NCBI GenBank assembly: GCA_046570105.1
Contig: JBKHVI010000008.1
Span: 1 to 64,000, forward strand
Source: Bacteriovoracia bacterium
Lineage (GTDB): Bacteria; Bdellovibrionota; Bacteriovoracia; Bacteriovoracales; Bacteriovoracaceae
Direction of reading: 5' to 3'
DNA length: 64,000 nucleotides
The translations under genes were made by a program, and so were the position numbers. Below, one piece after another: positions 30,166 to 40,660 of this stretch (positions are counted from its first letter, which is position 1; the number at the start of each line of letters is the position of its first letter). The notes under the pieces were generated by a model. It ran no database searches. It saw nothing but the letters and a program-made list of their open reading frames with translations, and had not been told where the DNA came from.

Positions 30166-31008
30166 ATGAAACATGTATGGCTTATGTCATTGATTTTACT
30201 TGCATCATGCGATGATGCTCCCTCCGTTCGAAGACAGAACAACAATGAACGCGCCCGTGAGAATGTCGAAACGATTTCAGGGGTTCGCTCTCAACTCCAT
30301 CGCGTCCGAGGGACAACCATCCTCGCCACGACTGGAGAAATCTCCGCGGCAGCCAGTTTACCAGTGGGCTACGCTGATATTCCACGTATTGAAGAATCAG
30401 ATGATGGCCTCGGAAGTTCTCCTGTTGTCCGCAGTGTTCGTCCTGGTGTGGTCTGTGGCACTGACAGTGAATTAACATCATATCGCGCTCGCATGACGGA
30501 CTGTGCTCAAAAAAATCCACAACACTCCGCTTGGAATGGTACTGCCAACGGCAATGCTGGTGAAGGTATCTGGCGACTCATCGTACGTGAATCGAACGGT
30601 CGTGAAGCTTGGGTGGATGAATCAACCGGACTTATCTGGAGCGATGTTATTTCTTCAGTAAGTAACTGGTGTCAGGCCTCAGGTAATATTGAAGGTGAAT
30701 TAACGGAAGAGGGAATTGACTGCAACGATCTCTCGCAAGGTATCTCACGTTGTGATGGAGCTGCTTTGATGGGTGTACCGGCCGCTGATATTTCCTGGCG
30801 CCTTCCTACTCGTGGTGACTATCTACAAGCGGACTTGAATGGTTTACGCTTTGTACTTCCGCGCACAGATGCCGCTGTTTGGACCGCCACAGTAAGTGGT
30901 ACCAATCGTGAAAACGCTTGGAGCATTACCCCACAAACAGGTGTGCTTGCCAGTACGACACGCAGCTCGAACCTCTCTGTTCGCTGTGTTGGCCGTCGCT
31001 TAAAATGA
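30166..31008 (+). CDS. Lipoprotein with DUF1566/Lcl C-terminal-like domain
   Basis: LASC lipobox; D..TGLIW, WRLPT, SVRCV. Confidence 0.75.
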   Translation: MKHVWLMSLILLASCDDAPSVRRQNNNERARENVETISGVRSQLHRVRGTTILATTGEISAAASLPVGYADIPRIEESDDGLGSSPVVRSVRPGVVCGTDSELTSYRARMTDCAQKNPQHSAWNGTANGNAGEGIWRLIVRESNGREAWVDESTGLIWSDVISSVSNWCQASGNIEGELTEEGIDCNDLSQGISRCDGAALMGVPAADISWRLPTRGDYLQADLNGLRFVLPRTDAAVWTATVSGTNRENAWSITPQTGVLASTTRSSNLSVRCVGRRLK

Positions 31009-31526
31009 GCTTTGATCTCGCGCAGAGATATACAGAAGCGAGACAAAAAGCATTGGCAGGAGAACGCGGTCTTCAGCGCCTGAGTGAGAGTGATCTTAAA
31101 CAACTCACCCAATCTTTAGTGGGTCCTGAACTTGAGCGCCATCAAGCTCTTTTTCTGCTCGCTCACGCCTCTCATCCCGTCCGTGAACTTGAAGCCACTT
31201 TACTTGTCTTGCCTACTCATCAACTCAATGATGAAGATCTCGTTTGGCTTCTCAACTGCTTCCAAAAACATATCATTCAAGGCCGTTTTAAAGAAGGTGA
31301 GCGTCTCACTCACGATTTTCTAGAGACGCTTCGCAAACTCATCCACCACTCTTCTCGTCCTGTAGTGGAATGGGTCTTGCGTACAATTGATGAATGCAGC
31401 TCACAAGGAATTGTGTTTCGCCCAGAATTGGCTAAAATAAAACCTAGTATCTGGAGTTTGTGGCGAGCGGAAAGTCGCACGATTTTAGAACTGATTACTT
31501 ACCTCGAAAGAAAGTGGTCACCTTGA
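31005..31526 (+). CDS. Hypothetical helical-repeat-like protein
   Basis: ATGA overlap with upstream stop; amphipathic helices. Confidence 0.7.
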   Translation: MSFDLAQRYTEARQKALAGERGLQRLSESDLKQLTQSLVGPELERHQALFLLAHASHPVRELEATLLVLPTHQLNDEDLVWLLNCFQKHIIQGRFKEGERLTHDFLETLRKLIHHSSRPVVEWVLRTIDECSSQGIVFRPELAKIKPSIWSLWRAESRTILELITYLERKWSP

Positions 31527-31852
31527 AAGGTATCGACGAAGAATTGGTTAAGGCGCAGCTCAAGCGAGCACAAAATATGGCCGGGCTGCCATTGTGGGAG
31601 CTCAATTCTCAAGAAGACATTAAGGTCTATTTTCGTGTCGACGAAAAAATCTCTCCCGCCAAATTTAAAACTGACCCACTGGTACCTGGTGGCTATCTTG
31701 CAAACTCTCTTACTCTGCGCGCCATGAAGCCGCTGCTCTTTGTCGCGGGCCAGGATCTGGATGAATTGGCCGACATTCAGCACTGCGCCTGTGGTGAAGA
31801 ATGGGATCAGCAGTTTTGGAAATTCTGCCCTTTTTGCGCTCGTGGCGCCTGA
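31523..31852 (+). CDS. Hypothetical protein with C-terminal zinc ribbon
   Basis: TTGA overlap; CACG...WKFCPFC. Confidence 0.7.
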   Translation: MKGIDEELVKAQLKRAQNMAGLPLWELNSQEDIKVYFRVDEKISPAKFKTDPLVPGGYLANSLTLRAMKPLLFVAGQDLDELADIQHCACGEEWDQQFWKFCPFCARGA

Positions 31853-31888
31853 CTTGCCGATCCGTCTCTAACATCTCACAATTAACCT

Positions 31889-32917
31889 ATGCTACTGACG
31901 CAAAAATTCCATTCCCTGAATGAAATTGATCCGGAATTTATTCCGGCGATCGAACAATTGATGCATGAACATTGTGTCGATTTTGCTGCCTGGAAGATGC
32001 TGGAAAAAGAAACCCCAGCGGATGAAACTTTTAATTACTGGTTATTTTTTGGCCCGACACAAAACTCTCCGGTGGGAATCGCCCAAGTCGCTTTCAAGAA
32101 ATTGAACACCGATCAGTATCTTCCTTGGTGGAAGAAAATTTCCGGCGTTTTTGATCGCAACCTCTCCAAATGGAAACTGGCACGCTGGCAACTGTGTGAT
32201 GGAGCAGATGGCAGCGCTTTATTTGATCAGCGCTTTGCTAGAACTGGTAAAGAAAAACTCAACGAACTATTTAAAGAGCTCGAGGCACGTGATGATGTTA
32301 TGGCGATGAGTATCACCACTCCTCATGCCATGAGCCCCTATCGTCCGAAATGGCTTGAGATTCCTCATGAGAATAAAGCGCAATGGTTGGCGCTAGTGCC
32401 GCTGGAACGCAAAAGTCGTGACTATCAAGATTACCTGTCGGCACTTCCGCCGGAAGATGGAAAAGCTATCCGCGATTCGTGGAAAAAACTCCACAAGGAC
32501 AGCCAAGTTATTATCGGCGACTTCCCCACACTAGAATCTCGCAATGAACTTTATCAATCGTGCTCAGAAACTGATAAAGCTGCGCTGGAAAAGTTTAACG
32601 GTGGACTGCTCACCTTCCAAAAAGGCAATCAACTGCTCGGTGTGATTCATTATCAAGAAGGCCAACAAGGAACCTTCTTTATTGAGCCTATGCCTTTTGA
32701 AGCGCAAGGTGAAGAGATCGTCGGTGACAATCTTTATGTTCAGTACGGAATTTTGAAAGCTCACGAAATTTCACAAGTCAGAAAAGTAATTGTTTGCCGC
32801 CAAGGACGTCCGCTGCGTCTGGAAAACAATGCTGAAGCCCAATTCTTCCGTCAGCAAGGTTTTCTCACTAAAGATATTTATGACATCGGTTGGTCGCGCT
32901 CTGACTATATCAAATGA
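31889..32917 (+). CDS. Hypothetical protein (possibly GNAT/FemAB-like fold)
   Basis: 342 aa ORF; DYLSALP....IR segment only weakly suggestive. Confidence 0.6.
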   Translation: MLLTQKFHSLNEIDPEFIPAIEQLMHEHCVDFAAWKMLEKETPADETFNYWLFFGPTQNSPVGIAQVAFKKLNTDQYLPWWKKISGVFDRNLSKWKLARWQLCDGADGSALFDQRFARTGKEKLNELFKELEARDDVMAMSITTPHAMSPYRPKWLEIPHENKAQWLALVPLERKSRDYQDYLSALPPEDGKAIRDSWKKLHKDSQVIIGDFPTLESRNELYQSCSETDKAALEKFNGGLLTFQKGNQLLGVIHYQEGQQGTFFIEPMPFEAQGEEIVGDNLYVQYGILKAHEISQVRKVIVCRQGRPLRLENNAEAQFFRQQGFLTKDIYDIGWSRSDYIK

Positions 32918-33282
32918 ATCACGCCACTTTCGTTTCCTTGGTTGTGCATCAGTTTTACGATAAAGCACGAACAGATATTCTCATTGGCTACCACTTCGCT
33001 CGTATCGCGGATTTCGCCACTCACATGCCGCGAATCGTGGCTTTTTGGGAAACTCAACTGTTAGGTTACGCTCACAAATTTGATCCCCCCTTAGATGTCA
33101 TAAATGCTCATATGCCCTTACGCATTCATCGCGGTGAAGTCGGAAGATGGATGAAGTTGTTTCGAGAAACATTGAATGAAGCGCAAATACCTGATGAATT
33201 AAAAACAGACTGGGATAAAAAACTTACTCAGTTTGAGCAGGTGTTTTTGCGGCATCCACTTTTATTTGCTTCTTCGGATTGA
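32914..33282 (+). CDS. Group III truncated hemoglobin
   Basis: FYDKA..D..IG.HF, HMPRIVAFW, W..LF.ETL. Confidence 0.85.
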   Translation: MNHATFVSLVVHQFYDKARTDILIGYHFARIADFATHMPRIVAFWETQLLGYAHKFDPPLDVINAHMPLRIHRGEVGRWMKLFRETLNEAQIPDELKTDWDKKLTQFEQVFLRHPLLFASSD

Positions 33283-33667
33283 AAGCTTTTACCTTAAAAT
33301 ACTTACTCACCCAGCGCTCGAGTTCAGGCTCGCCATCGACATCATCGAATAACCAGTTGTATGTGGTATAGCCATATATTTTTTGAGCTGAAGCCTCGGC
33401 CTGTGCAGCCGTTTCAAATTCCACAGCAATAAATCCCAAACCACGTGTTTTGAGTGTATGAGCAGAAAGACAACCTTCACCGTAATTTGTGCATGGAACA
33501 GCATCATTAATTGATCGGGCCAAGACAATTTCAATTTTATCTGGCCCCTCATGAGGTGCCATGGCAAACATTTGCTCTTTCTTGTAGATGACTTCTTTTT
33601 TACTGCAACTTAAGAGCAGTAGACCTAAGCATAACTTTGCCAAAAGTGTTGAAGTTGATAGACTCAT
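33224..33667 (-). CDS. Hypothetical lipoprotein
   Basis: LLSC lipobox. Confidence 0.7.
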   Translation of the reverse strand: MSLSTSTLLAKLCLGLLLLSCSKKEVIYKKEQMFAMAPHEGPDKIEIVLARSINDAVPCTNYGEGCLSAHTLKTRGLGFIAVEFETAAQAEASAQKIYGYTTYNWLFDDVDGEPELERWVSKYFKVKAFNPKKQIKVDAAKTPAQTE

Positions 33668-33706
33668 AATGAAAGTTTAGACCTCTCCAGCTTAAAAGGA
33701 AAGTCT

Positions 33707-35143
33707 ATGTGGCATCCACATCCTCGCACGCCCTTACGTTGGGGTACTGAAAATCGCTCTTGGGTGAAAATTCATTCTCCCAATGATGGAAAATTGATTG
33801 GAGAAGTCGAGCAGATAAGTCCATTAGACGTAGAACATTTAGCTAAGCAAGCCCTGCTCGGCCAAGCAGTTCTTGCGAAAACAGATCTGTTTTTGCGAGT
33901 TCAATGGCTCAAAAATATCGCCGTAAAAATAAGAGAATCACAAAAAGATCTCGCCAACTTAATTGCTCTTGAGGGCGGCAAACCTCTTCGAGATGCCCGC
34001 ATTGAAGTGGAACGAGCGGCCCTCACATTCGAGATTTGTGCCGAAGAGGCCATGCGAGTTCATGGCGAACAACTTCCCCTCTCGCATAGCCCAGCTGCTA
34101 AAAAGAAAATGGCCTTTACTGTGCGCGAAGCGATCGGCCCCGTACTTGTACTTTCCGCTTTTAATCACCCATTAAATTTGCTCGCTCATCAAGTCGGTAC
34201 CGCCATTGCGAGTGGCTGTGCCGTGGTTTTTAAGCCCTCGCCTGGCACTCCCTATTGCGGAGAATGGTTGCTGGAAGCGCTACTTGCTCTGGGAGTTCCA
34301 GCAACAGTGTGCCAAATATGCCATGCTCAAATTCCTGAAATTGAATTACTAGTTCAACGTCCAGAATTTCAATTCGTCTCATTTGTAGGTTCGGCCAAGA
34401 TTGGTTGGAACTTGCGGCGCTTAATTGCCCCTGGAACGCGCATTGCTCTCGAGCATGGTGGAATTGCTGCTGCGATGGTTTGTGCCGATGCAGATCTGGC
34501 GCAAGCGACTCATTGTCTGGTCAGAGGTGCCTTTTATCATGCGGGCCAAGTATGTATCTCGACGCAAAAGATTTTCGTTCATCAAAGTATTTGGGATAGC
34601 TTCGTCAGTGGCTTTGTCACCGCGACTCGCCAGCTCAACGTGGGGGATGCCCGCGATGAAAAAACGGATCTCGGTCCCTTGATTCGAGTGACAGAAAAAA
34701 TTCGCCTCATCGAATGGATTAAAGAAGCGGAAGCACTCGGCGCGCGTGTGCTATTAAAAGACACCGATGATCGTTCGGGCTCGCTGATGGGCGCGACAAT
34801 TCTCTCGCATGTCCCAACGACATCCCGATTGATGAATGAAGAGGCCTTTGGCCCGGTGGTGTGCCTCATCCCTTTTGAGAATGATGAAGAAGTTTTCGCT
34901 GCTGTAAGTGATTCACCCTTTCATTTCACGGCATCAGTCTTCACTAAGGACATGGCCAATGCGCTAGAATCGGCCAAAAAACTCTCTGCTATGAATGTCA
35001 TGATCAATGACCACACCGCTTGGCGAGTCGATGAGATGCCTTTCGGAGGTCATCGACAATCTGGTCTTGGAATGGGTGGAGTGAAGTGGGCCGTTGAGGA
35101 GCAGACTCGTCTCAAACAAGTCGTACTCCCCATTCAAAACTAA
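33707..35143 (+). CDS. Aldehyde dehydrogenase
   Basis: FNHP, KPS, FVGS, LEHGG, GQVC, EEAFGPV, PFGG. Confidence 0.93.
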   Translation: MWHPHPRTPLRWGTENRSWVKIHSPNDGKLIGEVEQISPLDVEHLAKQALLGQAVLAKTDLFLRVQWLKNIAVKIRESQKDLANLIALEGGKPLRDARIEVERAALTFEICAEEAMRVHGEQLPLSHSPAAKKKMAFTVREAIGPVLVLSAFNHPLNLLAHQVGTAIASGCAVVFKPSPGTPYCGEWLLEALLALGVPATVCQICHAQIPEIELLVQRPEFQFVSFVGSAKIGWNLRRLIAPGTRIALEHGGIAAAMVCADADLAQATHCLVRGAFYHAGQVCISTQKIFVHQSIWDSFVSGFVTATRQLNVGDARDEKTDLGPLIRVTEKIRLIEWIKEAEALGARVLLKDTDDRSGSLMGATILSHVPTTSRLMNEEAFGPVVCLIPFENDEEVFAAVSDSPFHFTASVFTKDMANALESAKKLSAMNVMINDHTAWRVDEMPFGGHRQSGLGMGGVKWAVEEQTRLKQVVLPIQN

Positions 35144-36057
35144 TAAGCTGTTTCTTTGAGGGCCATCTCAAGAGTTGGGTAGCGGTAGTGAAAATGCACT
35201 TCATCATGAAAGCGTTTAGGTAAAACACGCTGGCCATCAAGGAGCACAGTACTCATTTCACCAAACACCGCCTGCATAACAAACGCCGGTGCCGGAGCAA
35301 AGGCCGGACGCTTGAGAACTTTTCCTAGTACTTTGGTAAATTCAGCATTGGTGGCCGGATAAGGAGCGGTGGCATTGTAAACACCACGGAAACTGCCCTC
35401 TTTAGCGGCACGGATATACATGGCCGCGAGATCTTCAATATGAATCCAGCTCATCCACTGTTTACCTGAACCCAAGGGGCCGCCTGCACCCATTTTGAAA
35501 ATCGGAAGCATTTTAGCTAAGGCACCGCCGCCGCGACCAAGCACAACACCCACACGCATTATCGCAACTCTTACACCGAGTGATTCAGCACGCTGTGCCT
35601 CTCTCTCCCAGTCTTTGCAAACATGAGCGAGGAAATCATTAGCCGAGCCTTCCGTTTCATTGATCTCTTCATTTCCACGAGGGCCGTAGATCCCAATGGC
35701 AGATGTCGAAACCAAAGTCTTAGGAGACTTTGCTCCCAAATCTTTCATCGCTTCAACTAAGAAATGAGTGCCATCAATACGTGTATTGTAGATTTTCTTT
35801 TTCTGCTCATCACACCAGCGCTTTTCAGCAATGCCTTCACCCATCAAGTTCAAAACGGCATCAACACCCTCGAATGCTTCAAGAGGTGGCAACTCTGTTT
35901 GTGATTTCCATTGAAAGAAACGACACTTGCTTCCTAATACGAGAGCTGCTCCAGGAATATGGCGAGTGAGGACGACGACTTCATCGCCGGCTTCAATTAA
36001 TTGACGAACAATAACTCTACCGACAAATCCAGTGGCCCCTGTTATTAGGACTCGCAT
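35140..36057 (-). CDS. TIGR01777 family NAD-dependent epimerase/oxidoreductase
   Basis: ITGATGFVG, SAIGIYG, GSGKQWMSWIH, QRVLP. Confidence 0.93.
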   Translation of the reverse strand: MRVLITGATGFVGRVIVRQLIEAGDEVVVLTRHIPGAALVLGSKCRFFQWKSQTELPPLEAFEGVDAVLNLMGEGIAEKRWCDEQKKKIYNTRIDGTHFLVEAMKDLGAKSPKTLVSTSAIGIYGPRGNEEINETEGSANDFLAHVCKDWEREAQRAESLGVRVAIMRVGVVLGRGGGALAKMLPIFKMGAGGPLGSGKQWMSWIHIEDLAAMYIRAAKEGSFRGVYNATAPYPATNAEFTKVLGKVLKRPAFAPAPAFVMQAVFGEMSTVLLDGQRVLPKRFHDEVHFHYRYPTLEMALKETAY

Positions 36058-36233
36058 ACTGTCTCCTCATTAGTGTGAAACTAGTTAGACAATAGCCACA
36101 AAACCACTAAAACTCAAGGATTCTCAATACTTTCCCTTGTTCAAGCAATCTTGGTCAAGGGTTAGACGGCCCACCATTTCATGCCGCATTTATGGCGTAA
36201 TTAAAGTAGCTTAGACAAACAAGGAGTGACCCC

Positions 36234-37171
36234 ATGAAATACTTTAATATCCAAATGGCGGCACAGATCTCAGGCCTCTCGACTCACACGATCCGCGCTT
36301 GGGAGAAGCGTTATGGCGCTCTCCGTCCTGATCGAACTGAAACCGGGCGTCGCCAATACTCGACAGAAGAAATTGAACGTCTCACTTTATTGTCGCAACT
36401 CACGAATCTCGGCAACTCCATTGGCCAAATTGCGCGCCTGCCTGATGGTGAACTCAAAGAGATTTATCAAAACTCACCCACTCTCGTGAGTCGGCCCTTT
36501 TAGCCGCTCAAAGTTCACCACTTAAAATCCAAATTAACGCCGAAGAAACGCGCAGAAATTTGCTGATGGCATTGGCCGGCTACAAAGTCGATATCATTTC
36601 TCATGAATTGAATAAGGCCAAAACCGCCCTGACTCCAGGGGGCTTTGCTTTTGAGATTTTAATTCCACTTTTAAAAGAAGTTGAAGGCCGTCGCAAAGAG
36701 CAGAATCTGACGACAGCTCAAGTCACGGCCCTTATCGCGATAATTAAATTCCACGTGGGTAATATAATTTATGGCCACTACGAGAAAAAAATTAAATCGG
36801 TAAATAAATTTGCTCTCGCTACACCTGAGGGAGAACTCTACTTGATGGACATCATGCTCGGAGCACTCCTATGCTGTCAGCATCAGATGAATTTCTTCTT
36901 CTTGAGTTCAAACCTGCCATCACCCTCAATTAGTGAAGCGATTAATGCCATTGAGGCGAACGTACTTATTCTCGGCGTGAGTCAGTTGCAAAATTTAAAA
37001 ACACCTCTGCCAAACTTTATTGAAGACATCCTGACTCATTCGAAGAAATTAAGCGAAGTGTGGGTGGTGGGAATGAATGATCTCACTCGCCAAATGAATG
37101 CAAAAACAAAAAAAGTGAGAGTCTTTGCCAACTACGATGAGCTCAATAAAATTATGGAGCAAATGGATTGA
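36234..37171 (+). pseudogene. MerR family regulator, CarH/LitR-like architecture, split by a 1 nt frameshift (real lesion or sequencing error)
   Basis: MerR HTH (TIRAWEKRYG..P.R...G.R.Y); adding one A to caaaac at about 36468-36473 joins the two ORFs with no stop. Confidence 0.8.
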
Positions 37172-37998
37172 TTCCTCATATTGTGATTGGTGCGGGCCTG
37201 GCAGGCCTAACTGTAGCCCGCGCGCTCAAGGCCCCTATCATTGAAAAATCTAAAGGCCTTGGTGGCAGACTCGCCACGCGTCGAGTAGGAGAGGAGAAAT
37301 TTGATCACGGCCTGAGTTTTTGGCCGGATACCATTGAAGCACAAAAACTCAATCACGGATCATACGTCACAGAGGGCATGACCTCACTCGCCAAATCATT
37401 AGCGAGCGAGCTGAATATCAATCGCGATAATCGCGTCTTAAAACTCGAACAAATTCAAAGTGGCTGGCGACTGCAAACTCAAACCGGATTGATAGAAACC
37501 CAAAATGTGATTTTAACTGCTCCTATGCCTCAAGCTCTCGAGCTGATTGCTCAAAGTGATTTAGCGATAAATCCCAATTGGCAAATTCACTACCATAAAG
37601 CGCTTATTGGTCTCTACCGACTTGATCTCAAAATGAGTGATAAGAATTTTAACTTTCAGGACCATCAGGTCATTTTACAAAAAGACAAAAAACTCTGCTC
37701 TGACGGAGTTGTGCTTATGAGCTCAAGCTCGTTTGCGGATGAACATTTTGAAAAGAGTGATGCTGAAATTCTTGAGCAACTCAATCTTGTTTTATTCGCA
37801 GCACTTGGGAATCGAACCCTCAAGCATGCTGAAGTCAAAAAATGGCGCTATTCGACTCCCAAATCTTGCCATGAGTTTCCTTACCTTGAGCCCTATCCAG
37901 GACTTTTTCTGATCGGCGATGCCTTTCTTTATCCCGGTGTCGAAGGTGCACTTTTAAGTGCACAAACACTCGTGCGAGAAAAATTTAGAGTGTTATAA
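37168..37998 (+). CDS. Renalase-like NAD(P)/FAD-dependent oxidoreductase
   Basis: IGAGLAG, EKSKGLGGRLATRR, FDHG, KWRYS, GVEGA..S. Confidence 0.88.
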   Translation: MIPHIVIGAGLAGLTVARALKAPIIEKSKGLGGRLATRRVGEEKFDHGLSFWPDTIEAQKLNHGSYVTEGMTSLAKSLASELNINRDNRVLKLEQIQSGWRLQTQTGLIETQNVILTAPMPQALELIAQSDLAINPNWQIHYHKALIGLYRLDLKMSDKNFNFQDHQVILQKDKKLCSDGVVLMSSSSFADEHFEKSDAEILEQLNLVLFAALGNRTLKHAEVKKWRYSTPKSCHEFPYLEPYPGLFLIGDAFLYPGVEGALLSAQTLVREKFRVL

Positions 37999-38005
37999 TT
38001 GAGGG

Positions 38006-39148
38006 ATGAAAGGTCTAGGTATTGTTTTAACTGGTGGTGGTGCCCGTGCCGCTTATCAAGTAGGTGCACTTCGTGCGCTCTATGAAATTATTGGTGAAGA
38101 CAAAAACCTTTTTGAAATCGTCACAGGAAATTCCGCCGGCGCTATCAATGCCATTTACCTCGCGGCCAATGCTCAAGACTGGGACATTGCCACTGGTCAG
38201 CTCTGGGATCTTTGGAAGAACATCCGCCCACAAGACATCTTTGATTTGGGTCCTGTTTCAGTTGGAAAACTTGGCAGTCGTTGGTTAACCGGAACAGTGT
38301 TGGGTGGGCTTAAGCCTGAAGGTACTTCGGTCAACCATTTACTTGATACTGGACCGCTTCGCCATTTAATTGAATCAGAAGTCGATTTTGATGCTTTAAA
38401 TAAATCCATCGCCAATGGCACTCCTTCAGGCTTTGCTATTTCAACCACCAATCTCTACTCGGGCTCGAGTGTAGTGTTTCATAAATCACAAACGCCTGTT
38501 GAGGAGTGGGTGCGCACCGATCGCTTCTCTCATCCATCTGAGATTACCAGTGATCATATTATGGCGAGTTCGGCGATTCCGATGTTCTTTCCCCCCATTA
38601 AAATCGGTGAGAGTTGGTATGCTGACGGCTGTGTTCGTCAAACCACTCCCCTTTCCCCAGCCATTCATTTGGGAGCTAAAAAAATTATCGCTATCGGTAT
38701 CCGTGCCCCTCATGCCGGCGACCAGATGCAAATGAAGGCCTTTGCTCCTGGAAAGAATCCAACTATCGGCCAGATCGCTGGTGTATTAATGAATGCGGTT
38801 TTCTTGGATGCGCTAGAAAGTGATGTGGAACGTCTTTCACGTATTAACCAAACACTCTTTCATTTGGATCAACAAAAACGAGAAGAGTTCTTTCATAATC
38901 TTCGTCCTATGCCGATCTTGATGCTGAGACCATCGCAAGACCTTGGCGCTATGACTGCACAGATGAGTAAAGAACTGCCCACCATGTTGCGCTATCTGCT
39001 TAAAGGAATTGGTGTCTCAGGTAATGAAGGCCTTGATCTCTTAAGCTATCTTGCTTTTGATAAAACCTACTCTGTACCGCTGATGAATCTTGGCCACCAA
39101 GACACCTTAGTCAGGAAAGACGAGATCAAACGCTTCTTAGAACTCTAA
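38006..39148 (+). CDS. Patatin-like phospholipase
   Basis: GGGARAAYQVG, GNSAG, DG motif. Confidence 0.93.
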   Translation: MKGLGIVLTGGGARAAYQVGALRALYEIIGEDKNLFEIVTGNSAGAINAIYLAANAQDWDIATGQLWDLWKNIRPQDIFDLGPVSVGKLGSRWLTGTVLGGLKPEGTSVNHLLDTGPLRHLIESEVDFDALNKSIANGTPSGFAISTTNLYSGSSVVFHKSQTPVEEWVRTDRFSHPSEITSDHIMASSAIPMFFPPIKIGESWYADGCVRQTTPLSPAIHLGAKKIIAIGIRAPHAGDQMQMKAFAPGKNPTIGQIAGVLMNAVFLDALESDVERLSRINQTLFHLDQQKREEFFHNLRPMPILMLRPSQDLGAMTAQMSKELPTMLRYLLKGIGVSGNEGLDLLSYLAFDKTYSVPLMNLGHQDTLVRKDEIKRFLEL

Positions 39149-40512
39149 CGAGATGCCTTGGTTGCACGTGAGGTTAAAACCTTGCGGCCAGCACCACGAC
39201 GTGCCGGACGAGCCGTTTTACGACCTGTGCGCTTCTCCGTCATGGCATCGGTATAACGAGCACGACGGTCACGGCTGACAACTTTCTCGACTTTCTTTTT
39301 CACTTTCTCAACGGCACGGGCCTTCGCCTTATCACGTGCTTCTTGATTAAGCTTAGCATCAGGAATCATCTGCAAAGGTAAGTGAGTCTGCGCTTGAATC
39401 GCTTGGTTGATCTCAGTGATCATGCGACCATCGTGAGACGCTACCAAGTTATAAACGACGCCATGACGGCCACCACGGGCGACACGTCCACAGCGGTGAA
39501 GATAATAAATCGCTGTTTTCGGCAAACCGTAGTTCACCACCCAATTCAAGTCTTCAATATCAATGCCGCGAGCAGCGACATCCGTAGCTACCAAAATTTG
39601 GGCTTTTTTCGCCACAAAATCGGCCAGCGCTTCTTCACGCTCTTCCGACTTCATATCGCCGTGAAGAATACGCATCTTCATCGAAGGAAGTTTCTCTTTA
39701 AGAAACTTATGCACTTCTTCGGCCTGATTTTTTTGATTAGTAAAAATAATTCCACGGCCCTTGGCTTCTTTCTCTAAGAACATGCGCACGACATGATTCT
39801 TCTCTTCCGGCTCCACACGCACGTTGTAGGTGTCGATGCGAATCTGCGGGCGGTGAGAGTCTTGGAAAGTCACTCGTTCGAGTTTCTTGCCAGGAAAGCG
39901 CTCATTTAAGAAATTATCAAAAACCGGCGGAAGCGTGGCGGTGAAGAAACCTAACTGCAGCATGGAAAGATCGGCTTCTTCAAGCATCTGTTCGATATCG
40001 CGCTTAAAGCCCATCTCAAAAAGATTATCAGCTTCATCCATCACAAAAATTTTCACATGTCCCAAAGACAATTCTTTGTTTTTGATCGCACTCTTCACGC
40101 GTGAAGGTGTCGCCACCAAAATATCAAAAACCGAATGGCCCATGGATTTTGTTTTGGCATGAGAGTCGCCACCAGTCAGCAAACGCACACGCAGCTTCAC
40201 ATGGTGAGAGACACTCTTCATGACGTTATAAATTTGATTAGCAAGTTCACGCGTCGGCGCAAGCACAATGGCGCGTGGTGCACCTTTATGCGAAGTCGCT
40301 CCGTGCTTTTCTTCTTCAACTTTGAGCGCGTGAAAAATCGGAAGTGTGTAAGCGAGTGTTTTACCCGAGCCAGTTTCCGACACAGTTACTACGGATTTGT
40401 TTTTCGTCATCAAAGGAATGGTTTGACGCTGTACTTGAGTAGGGTTTTTTAGTCCGGCTTCTTTAAAGAAATTCTTAAAAGCTGGATGCAATTCTAGCGA
40501 TTCAAAAGACAT
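39145..40512 (-). CDS. DEAD-box RNA helicase
   Basis: TGSGKT, PTRELA, DEAD, TDVAARGID, HRCGR; basic tail. Confidence 0.95.
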   Translation of the reverse strand: MSFESLELHPAFKNFFKEAGLKNPTQVQRQTIPLMTKNKSVVTVSETGSGKTLAYTLPIFHALKVEEEKHGATSHKGAPRAIVLAPTRELANQIYNVMKSVSHHVKLRVRLLTGGDSHAKTKSMGHSVFDILVATPSRVKSAIKNKELSLGHVKIFVMDEADNLFEMGFKRDIEQMLEEADLSMLQLGFFTATLPPVFDNFLNERFPGKKLERVTFQDSHRPQIRIDTYNVRVEPEEKNHVVRMFLEKEAKGRGIIFTNQKNQAEEVHKFLKEKLPSMKMRILHGDMKSEEREEALADFVAKKAQILVATDVAARGIDIEDLNWVVNYGLPKTAIYYLHRCGRVARGGRHGVVYNLVASHDGRMITEINQAIQAQTHLPLQMIPDAKLNQEARDKAKARAVEKVKKKVEKVVSRDRRARYTDAMTEKRTGRKTARPARRGAGRKVLTSRATKASR

Positions 40513-40660
40513 AACTATTCCTTAGGGGGATTTGACGTGGCCCGTTATAGCGGGTTTAACTACAGAATACAAACAATATTTTCCCACTGGGGGCCCGGAA
40601 GTTGCTAAAATAGTTGAAGTTTCTGGCCCCCATGGGCCAATTAAATGGAAAAGGATGTCC

